Below the pieces are notes generated by a model, which was not told the DNA's origin, searched no databases, and worked only from the letters and a program-made list of their open reading frames with translations. From Alcanivoracaceae bacterium (lineage in GTDB: Bacteria; Pseudomonadota; Gammaproteobacteria; Pseudomonadales; Alcanivoracaceae): a stretch of 64,000 nucleotides of DNA. Position 1 is the stretch's first letter. Each line of letters begins with the position of its first letter. The stretch covers positions 4,264-68,263 of the forward strand of contig DAHVSB010000001.1 in assembly GCA_027324795.1 (NCBI GenBank). Reading direction: 5' to 3'. Made by a program: the position numbers and the translations under genes. Positions 31,082-41,375 of the stretch are shown here, piece by piece.

Positions 31082-31092
31082 CTCCTTAATAA

Positions 31093-31746
31093 CTATAAAT
31101 CACCACGAACATCAAATACCCAAGGTTCAAGCGCTTGCCGCTTTTCCTCATAGGCCTTAATTGCCTCGGTATCTTCAAGCGTCAGGCCAATGTCGTCTAG
31201 GCCATTGATTAAGCAGTGCTTACGAAACGCATCTACCTCAAAAGATAGCTTGGTGCCATCAGGGCGAGTAACGGTTTGTGCAGGCAAGTCCACTTCAAGC
31301 TCATAGCCGGGGTTGGATTCCACTTGCTCAAACAAGGTTTGGATTTCTTCCTCTGGCAAGACAATAGGTAACATGCCATTTTTAAAGCAGTTATTAAAGA
31401 AAATATCCGCAAAACTAGGCGCTAAAATCACCTTAAAACCATAGTCCAACAATGCCCAAGGCGCGTGCTCACGGCTTGAGCCACAACCAAAGTTACGACG
31501 GGTGAGCAAAATACTTGCTCCCTGATAACGTTCTTGATTAAGCACAAATTCTGTGTTCAAAGGACGCTTGCTATTATCTTGGCCGGGATAGCCCTCATCC
31601 AAATAGCGCCACTCATCAAACAAATTGGGGCCAAACCCCGTGCGCTTAATGGATTTTAAAAACTGTTTAGGGATAATTTGGTCTGTGTCCACATTGGCCC
31701 TGTCAAGAGGAGCCACTAAGCCTTTAAGCTGTACAAACTTTTCCAT
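31093..31746 (-). CDS. leuD: 3-isopropylmalate dehydratase small subunit
   Basis: 217 aa. [13 protein letters not shown] motif. Confidence 0.95.
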   Translation of the reverse strand: MEKFVQLKGLVAPLDRANVDTDQIIPKQFLKSIKRTGFGPNLFDEWRYLDEGYPGQDNSKRPLNTEFVLNQERYQGASILLTRRNFGCGSSREHAPWALLDYGFKVILAPSFADIFFNNCFKNGMLPIVLPEEEIQTLFEQVESNPGYELEVDLPAQTVTRPDGTKLSFEVDAFRKHCLINGLDDIGLTLEDTEAIKAYEEKRQALEPWVFDVRGDL

Positions 31747-31758
31747 TACTCTCTCCTC

Positions 31759-33168
31759 TTATAGCTCACGAACGTCAACAAAATGACCCGCAATACCCGC
31801 CGCAGCCGCCATAGCAGGGCTGACTAAGTGAGTACGCCCGCCATTGCCTTGGCGGCCTTCAAAGTTACGGTTGGATGTAGAAGCGCAATGCTCACCTGGC
31901 TCTAGGCGGTCAGGATTCATGGCCAAACACATGGAACAACCAGGCTCACGCCACTCAAAGCCCGCGGCTAAAAAGATTTTATCCAGGCCCTCTTCCTCCG
32001 CTTGGCGCTTTACTAAACCAGACCCTGGTACCACCATGGCTTGCTTAACGCTAGCTGCTTTGGTTTTACCCTTAACCACATCAGCTGCTGCACGTAAATC
32101 CTCAATACGCGAATTGGTGCAAGAACCTATAAAAACACGGTCCACTTTAATATCAGTGATTTTCATGCCTGGGGTTAGCCCCATGTATTCGTAGGCTCTT
32201 TCCATGCTCGAGCGTTTTACGCCATCGGCCTCTTCCTCAGGAATAGGTAAGGTTGCATCCACGGGCAACACCATCTCTGGTGAAGTGCCCCAAGATACTT
32301 GTGGCTTGATATCTTCTGCGCGGATTTCTACCACCGTATCAAAATGTGCATCTTCGTCAGACACCAAGGTACGCCAGTAAGCCACCGCCTTCTCCCAAGC
32401 GTCGCCTGTGGGTGCAAATGGGCGCCCCTTGCAATAATCAATCGTTTTATCATCTACAGCTATCATACCGGCGCGAGCACCCGCTTCGATTGCCATATTA
32501 CATACCGTCATACGGCCTTCCATGGACAAGCTGCGAATGGCAGAGCCAGCAAATTCAATGGCGTGACCGGTACCACCTGCTGTACCAATCACACCAATAA
32601 TATGCAGCACCACGTCTTTAGCGGTGACACCAAGGCCTAGCTCACCATCCACGCGAACTAACATATTCTTCATTTTCTTAGCCACAAGACACTGTGTAGC
32701 TAGCACATGCTCTACCTCACTGGTACCGATGCCATGAGCTAAACAAGCAAACGCGCCGTTAGTGGATGTGTGAGAATCACCGCACACCACTGTCATTCCA
32801 GGCAACACAGCACCCTGCTCAGGGGCCATTACGTGCACAATGCCTTGGCGTGTGTCGCCAATACCATAGTTTCTGATACCAAATTCTTTCGTATTGTCCT
32901 GTAGTGTTACCACTTGAATTCGCGAGGTCTCATCCTCAATATCAGCTGCACTCTTAAAAGGTGTAGTGGGCACGTTATGGTCAATAGTGGCGAAGTTCAT
33001 TTCGCGACGCCACGGTGCGCGTCCTGCAAGGCGCAGCCCTTCGAAGGCTTGCGGGGACGTCACTTCGTGAATGATATGACGATCAATATAAATAAGCGCA
33101 GACCCATCATCGCGCTCTGTCACTAAGTGGGATTCCCACAATTTGTCATATAAGGTTTTTGCTGTCAT
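31759..33168 (-). CDS. leuC: 3-isopropylmalate dehydratase large subunit
   Basis: [11 protein letters not shown] start at 33168 (GGAG 8 nt upstream). [16 protein letters not shown] and CSMCLAMN Fe-S ligand motifs. Confidence 0.97.
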   Translation of the reverse strand: MTAKTLYDKLWESHLVTERDDGSALIYIDRHIIHEVTSPQAFEGLRLAGRAPWRREMNFATIDHNVPTTPFKSAADIEDETSRIQVVTLQDNTKEFGIRNYGIGDTRQGIVHVMAPEQGAVLPGMTVVCGDSHTSTNGAFACLAHGIGTSEVEHVLATQCLVAKKMKNMLVRVDGELGLGVTAKDVVLHIIGVIGTAGGTGHAIEFAGSAIRSLSMEGRMTVCNMAIEAGARAGMIAVDDKTIDYCKGRPFAPTGDAWEKAVAYWRTLVSDEDAHFDTVVEIRAEDIKPQVSWGTSPEMVLPVDATLPIPEEEADGVKRSSMERAYEYMGLTPGMKITDIKVDRVFIGSCTNSRIEDLRAAADVVKGKTKAASVKQAMVVPGSGLVKRQAEEEGLDKIFLAAGFEWREPGCSMCLAMNPDRLEPGEHCASTSNRNFEGRQGNGGRTHLVSPAMAAAAGIAGHFVDVREL

Positions 33169-33281
33169 TTCCTCAACTCCCACTCAAGGGTCCATAGAAT
33201 TATGTTGTGTACTTTACTGACCCAACCCCTATAATTCCAATTCATAATATTCATAAATAAGATTCCAAAGAGGAATACGAT

Positions 33282-34166
33282 ATGGATGTGGATGCACTCA
33301 CCGCTTTTATTGCAGTCACAGAGCAAGGAAGTTTTTCCCAAGCAGCACACCGCTTATTTCTTACCCAACCCGCAGTAAGCAAACGCATTGCAGCGCTAGA
33401 GCAACAACTTAATGCCACCCTTTTTGACCGTATCGGCCGCCAGGTGGTGTTAACAGAGGCGGGTAAAACCTTATTGCCGCGCGCAAAACAGCTATTGCAC
33501 GACATAGAAGATGCACGCCGCGCCATCGATAATTTGAGTGGTGAAGTGAGTGGTACCCTACGCATTGGCTCAAGCCATCACATAGGGCTACATCGTTTGC
33601 CGCCGGTACTACGAAGCTATGCCAAACGCTACCCTAAGGTGCAGCTAGACCTTAGCTTTGTTGATTCTGAAACCGCATGGCAACAGGTGCTCAATGGCGA
33701 CCTTGAGCTAGGATTGCTCACCTTGCCACCGACCTCAGACAGCCGATTGGTACATCAAGTTATCTGGCCCGATCCCTTGACGTTTATTGTGGGCCACGAC
33801 CACCCGTTGGCTAAAAAGCACGTAGTAAGCTTAGAGGAGCTCACCCACTATGATGCGTTATTACCCAGGGCCAATACGTTCACACGTCATATTGTGGAAG
33901 AGCTATTTAGCGAGCACGACCTACATTTAAATGTAGCCATGGCCACTAACTATCTTGAGACCTTATATATGATGGTATCGGTGGGGCTTGGGTGGAGTTT
34001 GCTGCCGAGCACTCTGAAAGACAGCCATACCAAGCAACTTGTCATTTCAACACCAGTGCCCAAACGTGATTTAGGTGTGGTTTATCACCCCCAAAGAAGC
34101 CTTTCTAACTCAGCGCAACAATTTATTAACGCGCTAAAAGCAAACACCACCTCAGCTAACGGCTAA
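33282..34166 (+). CDS. LysR-family transcriptional regulator, divergent from leuCDB
   Basis: 294 aa. HTH FSQAAHRLFLTQPAVSKRIAALEQQL. Confidence 0.85.
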   Translation: MDVDALTAFIAVTEQGSFSQAAHRLFLTQPAVSKRIAALEQQLNATLFDRIGRQVVLTEAGKTLLPRAKQLLHDIEDARRAIDNLSGEVSGTLRIGSSHHIGLHRLPPVLRSYAKRYPKVQLDLSFVDSETAWQQVLNGDLELGLLTLPPTSDSRLVHQVIWPDPLTFIVGHDHPLAKKHVVSLEELTHYDALLPRANTFTRHIVEELFSEHDLHLNVAMATNYLETLYMMVSVGLGWSLLPSTLKDSHTKQLVISTPVPKRDLGVVYHPQRSLSNSAQQFINALKANTTSANG

Positions 34167-35334
34167 GGTGGCGCATGGCTTCTTCAATGCCTTCAATGGT
34201 CAACGGATACATCTGATTCTCAATCAGTTGGCGCGTCCACTTGTTTGAAATGGTGCCTTCCCAATATTTTTTTGGCTCTGGGTTTAACCAGACAATTTTT
34301 TTGAAGTGGTCTGTGAGGCGCTGCATCCACACGGCGCCAGGCTCCTCGTTATAGTGCTCTACACTTCCACCCACTGAGTTGATTTCATAAGGGCTCATGG
34401 CAGCATCGCCAACAAAAATCACACGATAGTCAGAGCTATATTTATTGAGAATATCCCACGTGGAAGTACGCTCATCCCAACGACGACGATTATCCTTCCA
34501 CACATTTTCATAAATAAAGTTATGAAAATAATAATACTCCATGTGCTTAAACTCATGCCGAGCGGCACTGAAAAGCTCTTCACATAGCGCAGCATAAGGG
34601 TCCATAGAACCGCCCACATCAAAGAAAATCAACACCTTAATTTGGTTGCTTTCTTCTGGGCGCATACGAATATCGAGCAAGCCTGCGTTTTTCGCCGTTG
34701 AATCAATAGTACCATCAAGATCAAACTCATCTTCACGGCCAGTGCGTGTGAACTTGCGCAATCGACGCAGAGCGAGCTGCATATTACGACTACCCAATTG
34801 CTCACTATCATCGAGGTTTCTGAACTCGCGCTTTTGCCACACCTTCACTGCGCTTTTATTACGCGACTCACCCCCCACGCGAATACCTTCAGGGTGCGCG
34901 CCGTAAGCACCAAATGGTGAAGTTCCACCGGTACCAATCCATTTGTTACCTCCTTGGTGGCGACCCTGTTGTTCCTCTAAGCGCTTGCGAAACTCCTCCA
35001 TAAGCTCTTCCAAGCTGCCACGCTTTTCTAGCGCAGCTAACTCCTCTGGACTTAGATTTTTCTCAATTTCTTTTCTAAGCCATTCCTCAGGGATTGCTTT
35101 TGAAAACCAATCGGGGGCCACTTTCTCTAGCCCCTCAAAAAAATGGCCAAAGGCTTGGTCAAACCTATCGTAATATTTTTCATCCTTGACCATGACGGCA
35201 CGGGCTAATAAATAAAAATCATCGATGCTACCAAAAGCAAGATGTTTGGATAAAGCGCCCTGCAGATCTAGCAGCTCGCGCAACGTCACAGGAATACGAA
35301 ACTCGCGCAAGGTTTCGAAAAAACGGACTAGCAT
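34156..35334 (-). CDS. VWA-domain protein, CoxE-like
   Basis: 392 aa. The N-terminal FxxxLRxxGxPV-type region (FFETLREFRIPVTLRELLDL) and the C-terminal VWA/MIDAS-like DVGGSM resemble the CoxE family. 4-nt gap to the upstream AAA+ gene. Confidence 0.75.
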   Translation of the reverse strand: MLVRFFETLREFRIPVTLRELLDLQGALSKHLAFGSIDDFYLLARAVMVKDEKYYDRFDQAFGHFFEGLEKVAPDWFSKAIPEEWLRKEIEKNLSPEELAALEKRGSLEELMEEFRKRLEEQQGRHQGGNKWIGTGGTSPFGAYGAHPEGIRVGGESRNKSAVKVWQKREFRNLDDSEQLGSRNMQLALRRLRKFTRTGREDEFDLDGTIDSTAKNAGLLDIRMRPEESNQIKVLIFFDVGGSMDPYAALCEELFSAARHEFKHMEYYYFHNFIYENVWKDNRRRWDERTSTWDILNKYSSDYRVIFVGDAAMSPYEINSVGGSVEHYNEEPGAVWMQRLTDHFKKIVWLNPEPKKYWEGTISNKWTRQLIENQMYPLTIEGIEEAMRHLSR

Positions 35335-35338
35335 AATA

Positions 35339-36193
35339 TTAACCTTGACGGCGGTTCATAAAGGCTAAGCGTTCTAGCAATTGCACGTCTGCTTCGTTTT
35401 TAAGTAAAGCGCCATACAAAGGTGGAATGGCGGAGCTCGTATCTCGGCTCCTCAATACGTCTTCAGGAATATCATCAGATAGCAGCAGCTTTAACCAATC
35501 AATAAGCTCAGACGTGGATGGCTTCTTTTTAAGGCCGGGCACTTTACGCAAATCAAAAAAGATTTCCATGGCCTCCTGCACCAGCTGTTTTTTGGCATCG
35601 GGATAGTGCACATCAATAATTCGCATCATGGTTTCTGCATCTGGGAAATTGATGTAGTGGAAGAAACAACGACGCAAAAAAGCATCCGGCAACTCTTTTT
35701 CGTTGTTGGAGGTAATAATCACAATAGGACGACGCTTCGCCTTAATTAGCTCTTGTGTCTCATAAACATAGAACTCCATGCGATCAAGTTCTTGCAACAA
35801 GTCATTGGGAAACTCAATATCAGCCTTATCGATTTCATCTATGAGAAGCACCACTTGTTGATCTGCTTCAAAGGCTTCCCACAGTTTGCCCTTTTTAAGG
35901 TAATTAGCCACATCCTCAACGCCCTCAGCACCGAGCTGGGAATCCCGCAAGCGGGACACTGCATCATATTCATAAAGGCCCTGATGAGCTTTAGTGGTGG
36001 ACTTAATATTCCAACTGATTAACTCCAACCCTAACGATTCTGCCACCTGCTCGGCCAATAACGTTTTACCTGTACCGGGCTCACCTTTGATTAGCAAAGG
36101 ACGCTCGAGTGCGATAGCAGCATTCACCGCCATGGTTAAATCTTCTGTAGCAACATATTGGTCTGTGCCATGAAACTGCATCTTGTTCTCCAC
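35339..36193 (-). CDS. MoxR-class AAA+ ATPase (CoxD/CbbQ-like short form)
   Basis: 284 aa. Walker A GEPGTGKT, Walker B LLIDEIDK, sensor region SNNEKELPDAFLRRC. Confidence 0.85.
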   Translation of the reverse strand: MENKMQFHGTDQYVATEDLTMAVNAAIALERPLLIKGEPGTGKTLLAEQVAESLGLELISWNIKSTTKAHQGLYEYDAVSRLRDSQLGAEGVEDVANYLKKGKLWEAFEADQQVVLLIDEIDKADIEFPNDLLQELDRMEFYVYETQELIKAKRRPIVIITSNNEKELPDAFLRRCFFHYINFPDAETMMRIIDVHYPDAKKQLVQEAMEIFFDLRKVPGLKKKPSTSELIDWLKLLLSDDIPEDVLRSRDTSSAIPPLYGALLKNEADVQLLERLAFMNRRQG

Positions 36194-36315
36194 ATAAACG
36201 AATTATTTAACTGCGGCATACTCTAGCAAGCGCAAAGCCAAAGGCAAGCTGTATAGCAGTATGACGACGGTATGACTACAATAGCGCTCTTTACTTTAAA
36301 GTGTTCACTTGAGTT

Positions 36316-37047
36316 ATGAATCTACTCTTATTCCAACCTAGCGAAGCTCTTGCAAGGCACCACTATGCACTGCCAGCCAATGATAGGCGTGTCCTACACC
36401 TCAAAAACGTACTGAAGCTCGCTATTGATGAAGAAGTAGAAGCTGGTGTAATGGGTGGAAACCTAGGGTGGGCCACGCTCATAGAGCAAAAAAACCAGCA
36501 ATGGCATTTTTTATTTAACCCCGTATCGCCCCCACCTCAACCACTAAATATCACACTCATTTTAGCGCTTCCTCGCCCAAAGATGCTACGACGCGTACTA
36601 ATAGATGCTATTACCTTAGGCATCAAACACATAATACTCATCAACAGCTACAAGGTTGAAAAAAGCTATTGGCAAACCCCACGGCTTCAGGAAAAACAAT
36701 TAAACGAGCTTGTGCGACTCTCTTTGGAACAAGCCAAAGACACGCAGCCACCTTTAATTGAAATTAAAAAAAGATTTAAACCTTTTATTGAAGATGAGTT
36801 AATGAACAACTTAAACAACAAAAGATGTTATCTGCTTCATCCTGGTAATAATTCTTATTTACCCACCTTGCCAGCGGCAGACACCTCTCATGCCATAATT
36901 GCCATTGGCCCAGAAGGGGGTTGGAATGATTATGAGGTAGCCCGATTTATTGAAGCGGGATTTAGTCCTTTTTCATTAGGGCAACGCATATTGAGGGTAG
37001 AAACTGCAGTGCCTGCTGCAGTTGGGCGCCTAACGGAGCTCCCTTAA
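36316..37047 (+). CDS. rsmE: 16S rRNA (uracil1498-N3)-methyltransferase RsmE-like (SPOUT)
   Basis: 243 aa. C-terminal IGPEGGW...RILRVETA knot motif. Confidence 0.75.
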   Translation: MNLLLFQPSEALARHHYALPANDRRVLHLKNVLKLAIDEEVEAGVMGGNLGWATLIEQKNQQWHFLFNPVSPPPQPLNITLILALPRPKMLRRVLIDAITLGIKHIILINSYKVEKSYWQTPRLQEKQLNELVRLSLEQAKDTQPPLIEIKKRFKPFIEDELMNNLNNKRCYLLHPGNNSYLPTLPAADTSHAIIAIGPEGGWNDYEVARFIEAGFSPFSLGQRILRVETAVPAAVGRLTELP

Positions 37048-37181
37048 AATAGGGTCGCACCGCCATATACACGAATTTATTATGAAATGTAATTTTCTAT
37101 TATAGTTTTAGAAAGATATATTTACAATTTGTGCACAACGTCACATAATGCAGCTGTTTTTAACGGCAAAGGAATAAAACT

Positions 37182-38201
37182 ATGCGAAAGCAATTTACTT
37201 CTGCATGTCTCATTGCAGCTTCTGGCTTACTCTTAAGCACCAGTGTTAACGCTGCTGGTACCAACATTCAGCGTGGCGCCTATATTGGTGGCCAAGCCTC
37301 TTACAGCTGGTTCGAAAACGATTTTGATTACAAACACGATCACCAAGACTGGTACGGTGGTCAACTAGGCTTTCGCTTTACCCCGCGCTTTTCTCTAGAA
37401 GCTTCTTACCTCGAAGGTAAGGCCGATCTTCGTTATGACGATGGCACTGGCGACTTGAAAGATAAAGTGCTTAACCGTCAGCCACTAATCAGTGCGCGCT
37501 ACCACTTTGCAGATACTGGCGTACTTGGCTTTGAGCCTTATGTGGGCCTTGCAGGTGGTGAGAAATGGACGAAAAACAATAGTGCCGATGGCAAGCGCCA
37601 CCGCGAAACCGTTGTTGGTCCTGAGGTTGGTGTTCAACGCCGTTTCCTAAGCCGCCTACTTCTTGATGTGGGTGCACGTGGTCCCTACAGCATTGATTAC
37701 GATCGCTGGGAAGGCCAAGTATATGCGGGCCTAAACTTCTTGTTCAGTGTTAAAAACCGTCACGAAGAAGTGGTTGAAGAGCCTGTGGAAGAATACGCTC
37801 CCGAGCCCAAACCCGCTCCTGAGCCCAAGGTTGTTACCCGTGATATTAACGAAAGTGGCACCGCCGCTCAGTTTGGCTTCGACGAAGACACACTGTCAGG
37901 CAGCCAGCTTGATGACCTACGTGCAGCAGCTCGCTTCCTTAACGACAACCCGAACACAAGCGTAACCTTAGAAGGTCACACCTGTAACATGGGTCCAGAC
38001 GAGTACAACTTACAGTTGTCTGAGCGTCGTGCAGATACCGCTAAGAAGTTCCTCGAAGAACAAGGTATCTCCTCTGACCGTATCACTGTAGTTGGCAAAG
38101 GTGCTGCTGAGCCAATCGCAGACAACGCTACCAAAGAAGGTCGTGAGCGCAACCGCCGTGTTGATGCCATCATCACTGGTACCGTTGAAGAAACTCGCTA
38201 A
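37182..38201 (+). CDS. OmpA-family outer-membrane protein (beta-barrel + Pro-rich linker + OmpA_C)
   Basis: Signal peptide MRKQFTSACLIAASGLLLSTSVNA, linker EPKPAPEPK, and an OmpA domain NLQLSERRADTAKKFL...NRRVD. Confidence 0.9.
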   Translation: MRKQFTSACLIAASGLLLSTSVNAAGTNIQRGAYIGGQASYSWFENDFDYKHDHQDWYGGQLGFRFTPRFSLEASYLEGKADLRYDDGTGDLKDKVLNRQPLISARYHFADTGVLGFEPYVGLAGGEKWTKNNSADGKRHRETVVGPEVGVQRRFLSRLLLDVGARGPYSIDYDRWEGQVYAGLNFLFSVKNRHEEVVEEPVEEYAPEPKPAPEPKVVTRDINESGTAAQFGFDEDTLSGSQLDDLRAAARFLNDNPNTSVTLEGHTCNMGPDEYNLQLSERRADTAKKFLEEQGISSDRITVVGKGAAEPIADNATKEGRERNRRVDAIITGTVEETR

Positions 38202-38228
38202 TCTTTTTTAAAGTTTAGTGATATTAAA

Positions 38229-38259
38229 ACGCCGCTCAATGAATGAGCGGCGTTTTTTT
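38229..38259 (+). terminator. rho-independent terminator of the OmpA-family gene
   Basis: acgccgctca / atgaa / tgagcggcgt followed by TTTTTTT. Confidence 0.85.
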
Positions 38260-38281
38260 ATTGCAGAAAATTAAGTACAAA

Positions 38282-38310
38282 AAAGCCACTACCCTTTAAG
38301 GCAGTGGCTT
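38282..38310 (-). terminator. terminator of the SCP2 gene
   Basis: Minus strand: agccact / loop / agtggct followed by TTTTT. Confidence 0.6.
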
Positions 38311-38333
38311 TATTAATGCTTGAGCATTAATGA

Positions 38334-38720
38334 TTATGCAGTGATTTCCTGAATCTGCTTTAACAATGCAGCTTGGCTTGCACTTGGCTGTGCCGTTTGC
38401 AATGCCATTAGCTTGCTCATATCCCCATCAATGCGAATCTGACCGCTCATAAAACCTTGCATTCCTGCAGACTGGTCACCTTCGATTAAAATGCGCTTAG
38501 CCAAATCTGCAGGCAATGTCATAGTGGTGGGTGCATCTGCGGCATGGCCTTCTTCTAGCATGCCAGCCACAAGTGAAATCTGCTTTTCACCTGCGTCAGT
38601 ACTAACATTAATATTAATGGCCAGATCTGCTAGAGCCGCCGGTACTTCGATATCACCAGCTGCTGCACGCAACTCTGCTACTTTTGCAAACCATTCATCC
38701 GACAAAAACTCAGTGCTCAT
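38334..38720 (-). CDS. SCP2 sterol/lipid-binding domain protein
   Basis: 128 aa. SDEWFAKV...FMSGQIRIDGDMSKLMAL is a typical SCP2 C-terminal motif. Confidence 0.75.
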   Translation of the reverse strand: MSTEFLSDEWFAKVAELRAAAGDIEVPAALADLAININVSTDAGEKQISLVAGMLEEGHAADAPTTMTLPADLAKRILIEGDQSAGMQGFMSGQIRIDGDMSKLMALQTAQPSASQAALLKQIQEITA

Positions 38721-38910
38721 TGCACTCTCCTTATACGAGTTTATTAGTTAGAGCCACAGTAAAATCAAACAAGCGTTTGAATGGATAACACCATATAGAA
38801 ATTAAACTATCGGTACAAGCTATTTTTATGCTTCTCTATGACTTAAATGACCACGCACCCCGAACATCAGCAAGCCCTAATCCGCGGCGCCAACACCAAT
38901 TTTTTACAAA

Positions 38911-38940
38911 TAAAAACCCAAGCTCAAACAAGAGCTTGGG
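38911..38940 (-). terminator. rho-independent terminator of the small OMP gene
   Basis: cccaagctc / aaacaa / gagcttggg, followed on the minus strand by TTTTTATTT. Confidence 0.8.
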
Positions 38941-38969
38941 TAAAACTATGTTCTTTGAATCAGCAGGCG

Positions 38970-39488
38970 TTAAAAGTTATATTTAACACCAAATGCCGTT
39001 GTGCTCTGCCGAGACCAATCATTATCTACCAAGCGCATAAACTCTCCATTCACAGACACAGCATCGCTCACATTCCAATTTAAACCAAGCCCATAAGCAG
39101 CTGAATCATCGCGGAAATTTCGGCCATTTATACCTGTAGAAACATGGGTATACCCCCCAAGCACATATGGCGAAATAGCGGTATCAGTGGGTAAGTTAAC
39201 CACACCAAAAACCCCATAGTTATAACGCCCTTTTACTCTGTTACCGCCTTTGTCGACAGTGGTAAACCCTGTTCCCACACGCGCCTCCAAGCCTAAAAGC
39301 TGAAACATCTCAGCTCCCACACGAGCGGTGATATGGTTCTGGTTCACATGGTTAAGAGCGCCGCGGTTAAAATTGGTGTGCCCATATTGAGCCCCTACAT
39401 AAGGTTGTGGAATATAATCATTCGCGGCAACCCCGCTAGCACCAACCACCCCTACTACTACCACCGCAAATCGATTAATCGAATTCAA
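38970..39488 (-). CDS. small outer-membrane beta-barrel protein (8-strand, OmpX/OmpW-like)
   Basis: 172 aa. Signal peptide, alternating aromatic/Gly beta-strand pattern, C-terminal VKYNF. Confidence 0.75.
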   Translation of the reverse strand: MNSINRFAVVVVGVVGASGVAANDYIPQPYVGAQYGHTNFNRGALNHVNQNHITARVGAEMFQLLGLEARVGTGFTTVDKGGNRVKGRYNYGVFGVVNLPTDTAISPYVLGGYTHVSTGINGRNFRDDSAAYGLGLNWNVSDAVSVNGEFMRLVDNDWSRQSTTAFGVKYNF

Positions 39489-39510
39489 CTTGATTCTCCT
39501 TTACTTTTCA

Positions 39511-39846
39511 TTATTCGTTATTATCAGAGGGTTCTACTATTTCGCCCTCTACTATCACACCTTTAATAGTGTTCTTTGATGCCCTATTACCACTGTAATA
39601 TTGTTGCGTTCTTATAAAAGCATCCCTATCCGCTTGCTGGCGCTGAAACCCCTCCCCGTACTGTCGTGCAAGTTTACGCTTCAACCACCAAACCCTTAGG
39701 CTGAATGAAACAAAAGCAATAACAGCAAAGCCGAGCAGCACCAAGAAAACAGTGGCGCCAACCACGAAAAAACCAGCTGTTGCTAGCAAAGCAATAATAA
39801 AAAACAAAATTCTTGATAACAAACCTGGCTGCTGTTGAATGGCCAT
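39511..39846 (-). CDS. small inner-membrane protein, 2 TM, function unknown
   Basis: ATG 39846 with GGAG 5 nt upstream. Two hydrophobic helices followed by a basic cytoplasmic tail. Confidence 0.55.
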   Translation of the reverse strand: MAIQQQPGLLSRILFFIIALLATAGFFVVGATVFLVLLGFAVIAFVSFSLRVWWLKRKLARQYGEGFQRQQADRDAFIRTQQYYSGNRASKNTIKGVIVEGEIVEPSDNNE

Positions 39847-40035
39847 AAAAGCTCCGGTGGGCAAGTGTAAAATTCGAATACTAAACCACTACTATGAGGA
39901 CAAAACGAACTTTCTCAAGCAAAACCACACTATCATTCATAATATAGCTTTAACAACTTGGGCTATCATAACAATCACTCGTAAAACGAGTCGTGCATTA
40001 ATCACAGAGTTAACCGCTTGCCTAGAGGAAACACT

Positions 40036-41007
40036 ATGTCCATGCGTGCTTGGTGCATATCAAACTCCACCCTCCACTTAGAAACTCGTCCTATGCCCGA
40101 ACTCGGCCCCAGCGATGTATTAGTACAAGTGGCGGCTATTGGTGTCAATCGTGCGGATTTGCTACAAACGCGCGGTTTATACCCCGCTCCTCAGGGCACA
40201 GTGCAAGATATTCCGGGGCTTGAATATAGCGGCACTATTGTTGCTGTGGGCGCAAAAACGCTACACCGTAAAGTGGGCGACAAAATAATGGGGTTAATTC
40301 CTGGTGGTGCTTATGCTGAATACCTAGTCACCCATGAAGAAGAAGCCCTTACCATCCCCGCTGGGCTATCAATGGCAGAGGCCGCCACTATTCCAGAAGC
40401 TTTTTTAACCGCTTACCGTGCCATTTATCTCCAAGCTGGATTGACTCACGGGCAATGGTGCTTAATACGCCCCGCCACTTCTAGTGTCGGTTTGGCTGCA
40501 GTACAGCTTTGCCAAGTTTTTGGGAACCCTACCATAGGTAGCAGCCGTAACAAGATGCGCTTAGACACAGCTCAAGCTCTAGGCTTGCAGCATTTAGTGA
40601 CGGAAGATGATTCACTTTCTCAGCAGCTGTTAGCACTTACCGACGGTCAAGGCGTGAGTGTTATCTTCGATATGGTGGGGCCAGATTGGAGCAGCCTCCT
40701 CCCTGGGCTTCGCCGCGAAGGCCATCTGGTGGTTATTGGTATTTTAGGCGGCAATAGCACCACCATTAATCTCATGCCATTCCTACAAAACAGGCAACAC
40801 ATTAGCGCTTTAACTATGCGCAGCCAACCTTTGGCTGAGCGTCTACGAATGGCTAACTTCTTCAATGAGCGTTTGCTCACTTATTTTGAAGCCGACAAGT
40901 TACACGCTCTTCCATTACAAGAGTTCACATTTAGTGAAACCCCTCTTGCCCACCAACATATGCAAGACAATGATTTTAGCGGCAAGCGCGTAATTACGCT
41001 TAGCTAA
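40036..41007 (+). CDS. NAD(P)H:quinone oxidoreductase (MDR superfamily, PIG3/Qor-like)
   Basis: MSMRAW start with GAGGAA upstream. VLVQVAAIGVNRADL, GLEYSGTIVAVG. No structural-Zn Cys cluster. Confidence 0.8.
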   Translation: MSMRAWCISNSTLHLETRPMPELGPSDVLVQVAAIGVNRADLLQTRGLYPAPQGTVQDIPGLEYSGTIVAVGAKTLHRKVGDKIMGLIPGGAYAEYLVTHEEEALTIPAGLSMAEAATIPEAFLTAYRAIYLQAGLTHGQWCLIRPATSSVGLAAVQLCQVFGNPTIGSSRNKMRLDTAQALGLQHLVTEDDSLSQQLLALTDGQGVSVIFDMVGPDWSSLLPGLRREGHLVVIGILGGNSTTINLMPFLQNRQHISALTMRSQPLAERLRMANFFNERLLTYFEADKLHALPLQEFTFSETPLAHQHMQDNDFSGKRVITLS

Positions 41008-41028
41008 CCACACCATAAAACAGGTAAG

Positions 41029-41370
41029 CTACAGTGCCTCTAATACAGATTTAAGAACCAAGGCGTGGTTGCAGCTTTCATCCTTAGCACCATAAACCAA
41101 GCAAAGCTGATGTTTAGCTCTAATATGGTTTAAACGCTGCAACTCATGCTGCTGGCTTTTCAGCTCATCCCGGTAGTGAGAAGAAAACTCCTCAAAGCGC
41201 TCCTTTTTGTGGTCAAACCATTTTCTTAGTTCAGTAGAGGGCGCTACCTCCTTGTTCCACTCGTCAAGCTTTATTTTAGCTTTGCTCACACCTCGCGGCC
41301 ATAAACGGTCCACCAGCACACGATAGCCATCCTCCGCTGCTGGAGCTGTATAAGCCCGCTTTATAACCAC
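41029..41370 (-). CDS. DUF488 family protein
   Basis: 113 aa. DGYRVLVDRLWPRGVSK is the DUF488 hallmark. Confidence 0.75.
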   Translation of the reverse strand: MVIKRAYTAPAAEDGYRVLVDRLWPRGVSKAKIKLDEWNKEVAPSTELRKWFDHKKERFEEFSSHYRDELKSQQHELQRLNHIRAKHQLCLVYGAKDESCNHALVLKSVLEAL

Positions 41371-41375
41371 TGGTT

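Noticed and set aside
20937-33168. The trpFBA genes nested between truA and accD, and the asd / asd-like TAATG overlap, as possible oddities.
   Set aside because: This is core biosynthetic synteny of a kind I recall as common in Pseudomonas-like gammaproteobacteria. Overlapping stop/start codons are ordinary translational coupling.
38847-39083. 78-aa plus-strand ORF running from the intergenic region into the small OMP gene.
   Set aside because: It overlaps the OMP gene and its terminator in antisense, has no SD and no motifs.
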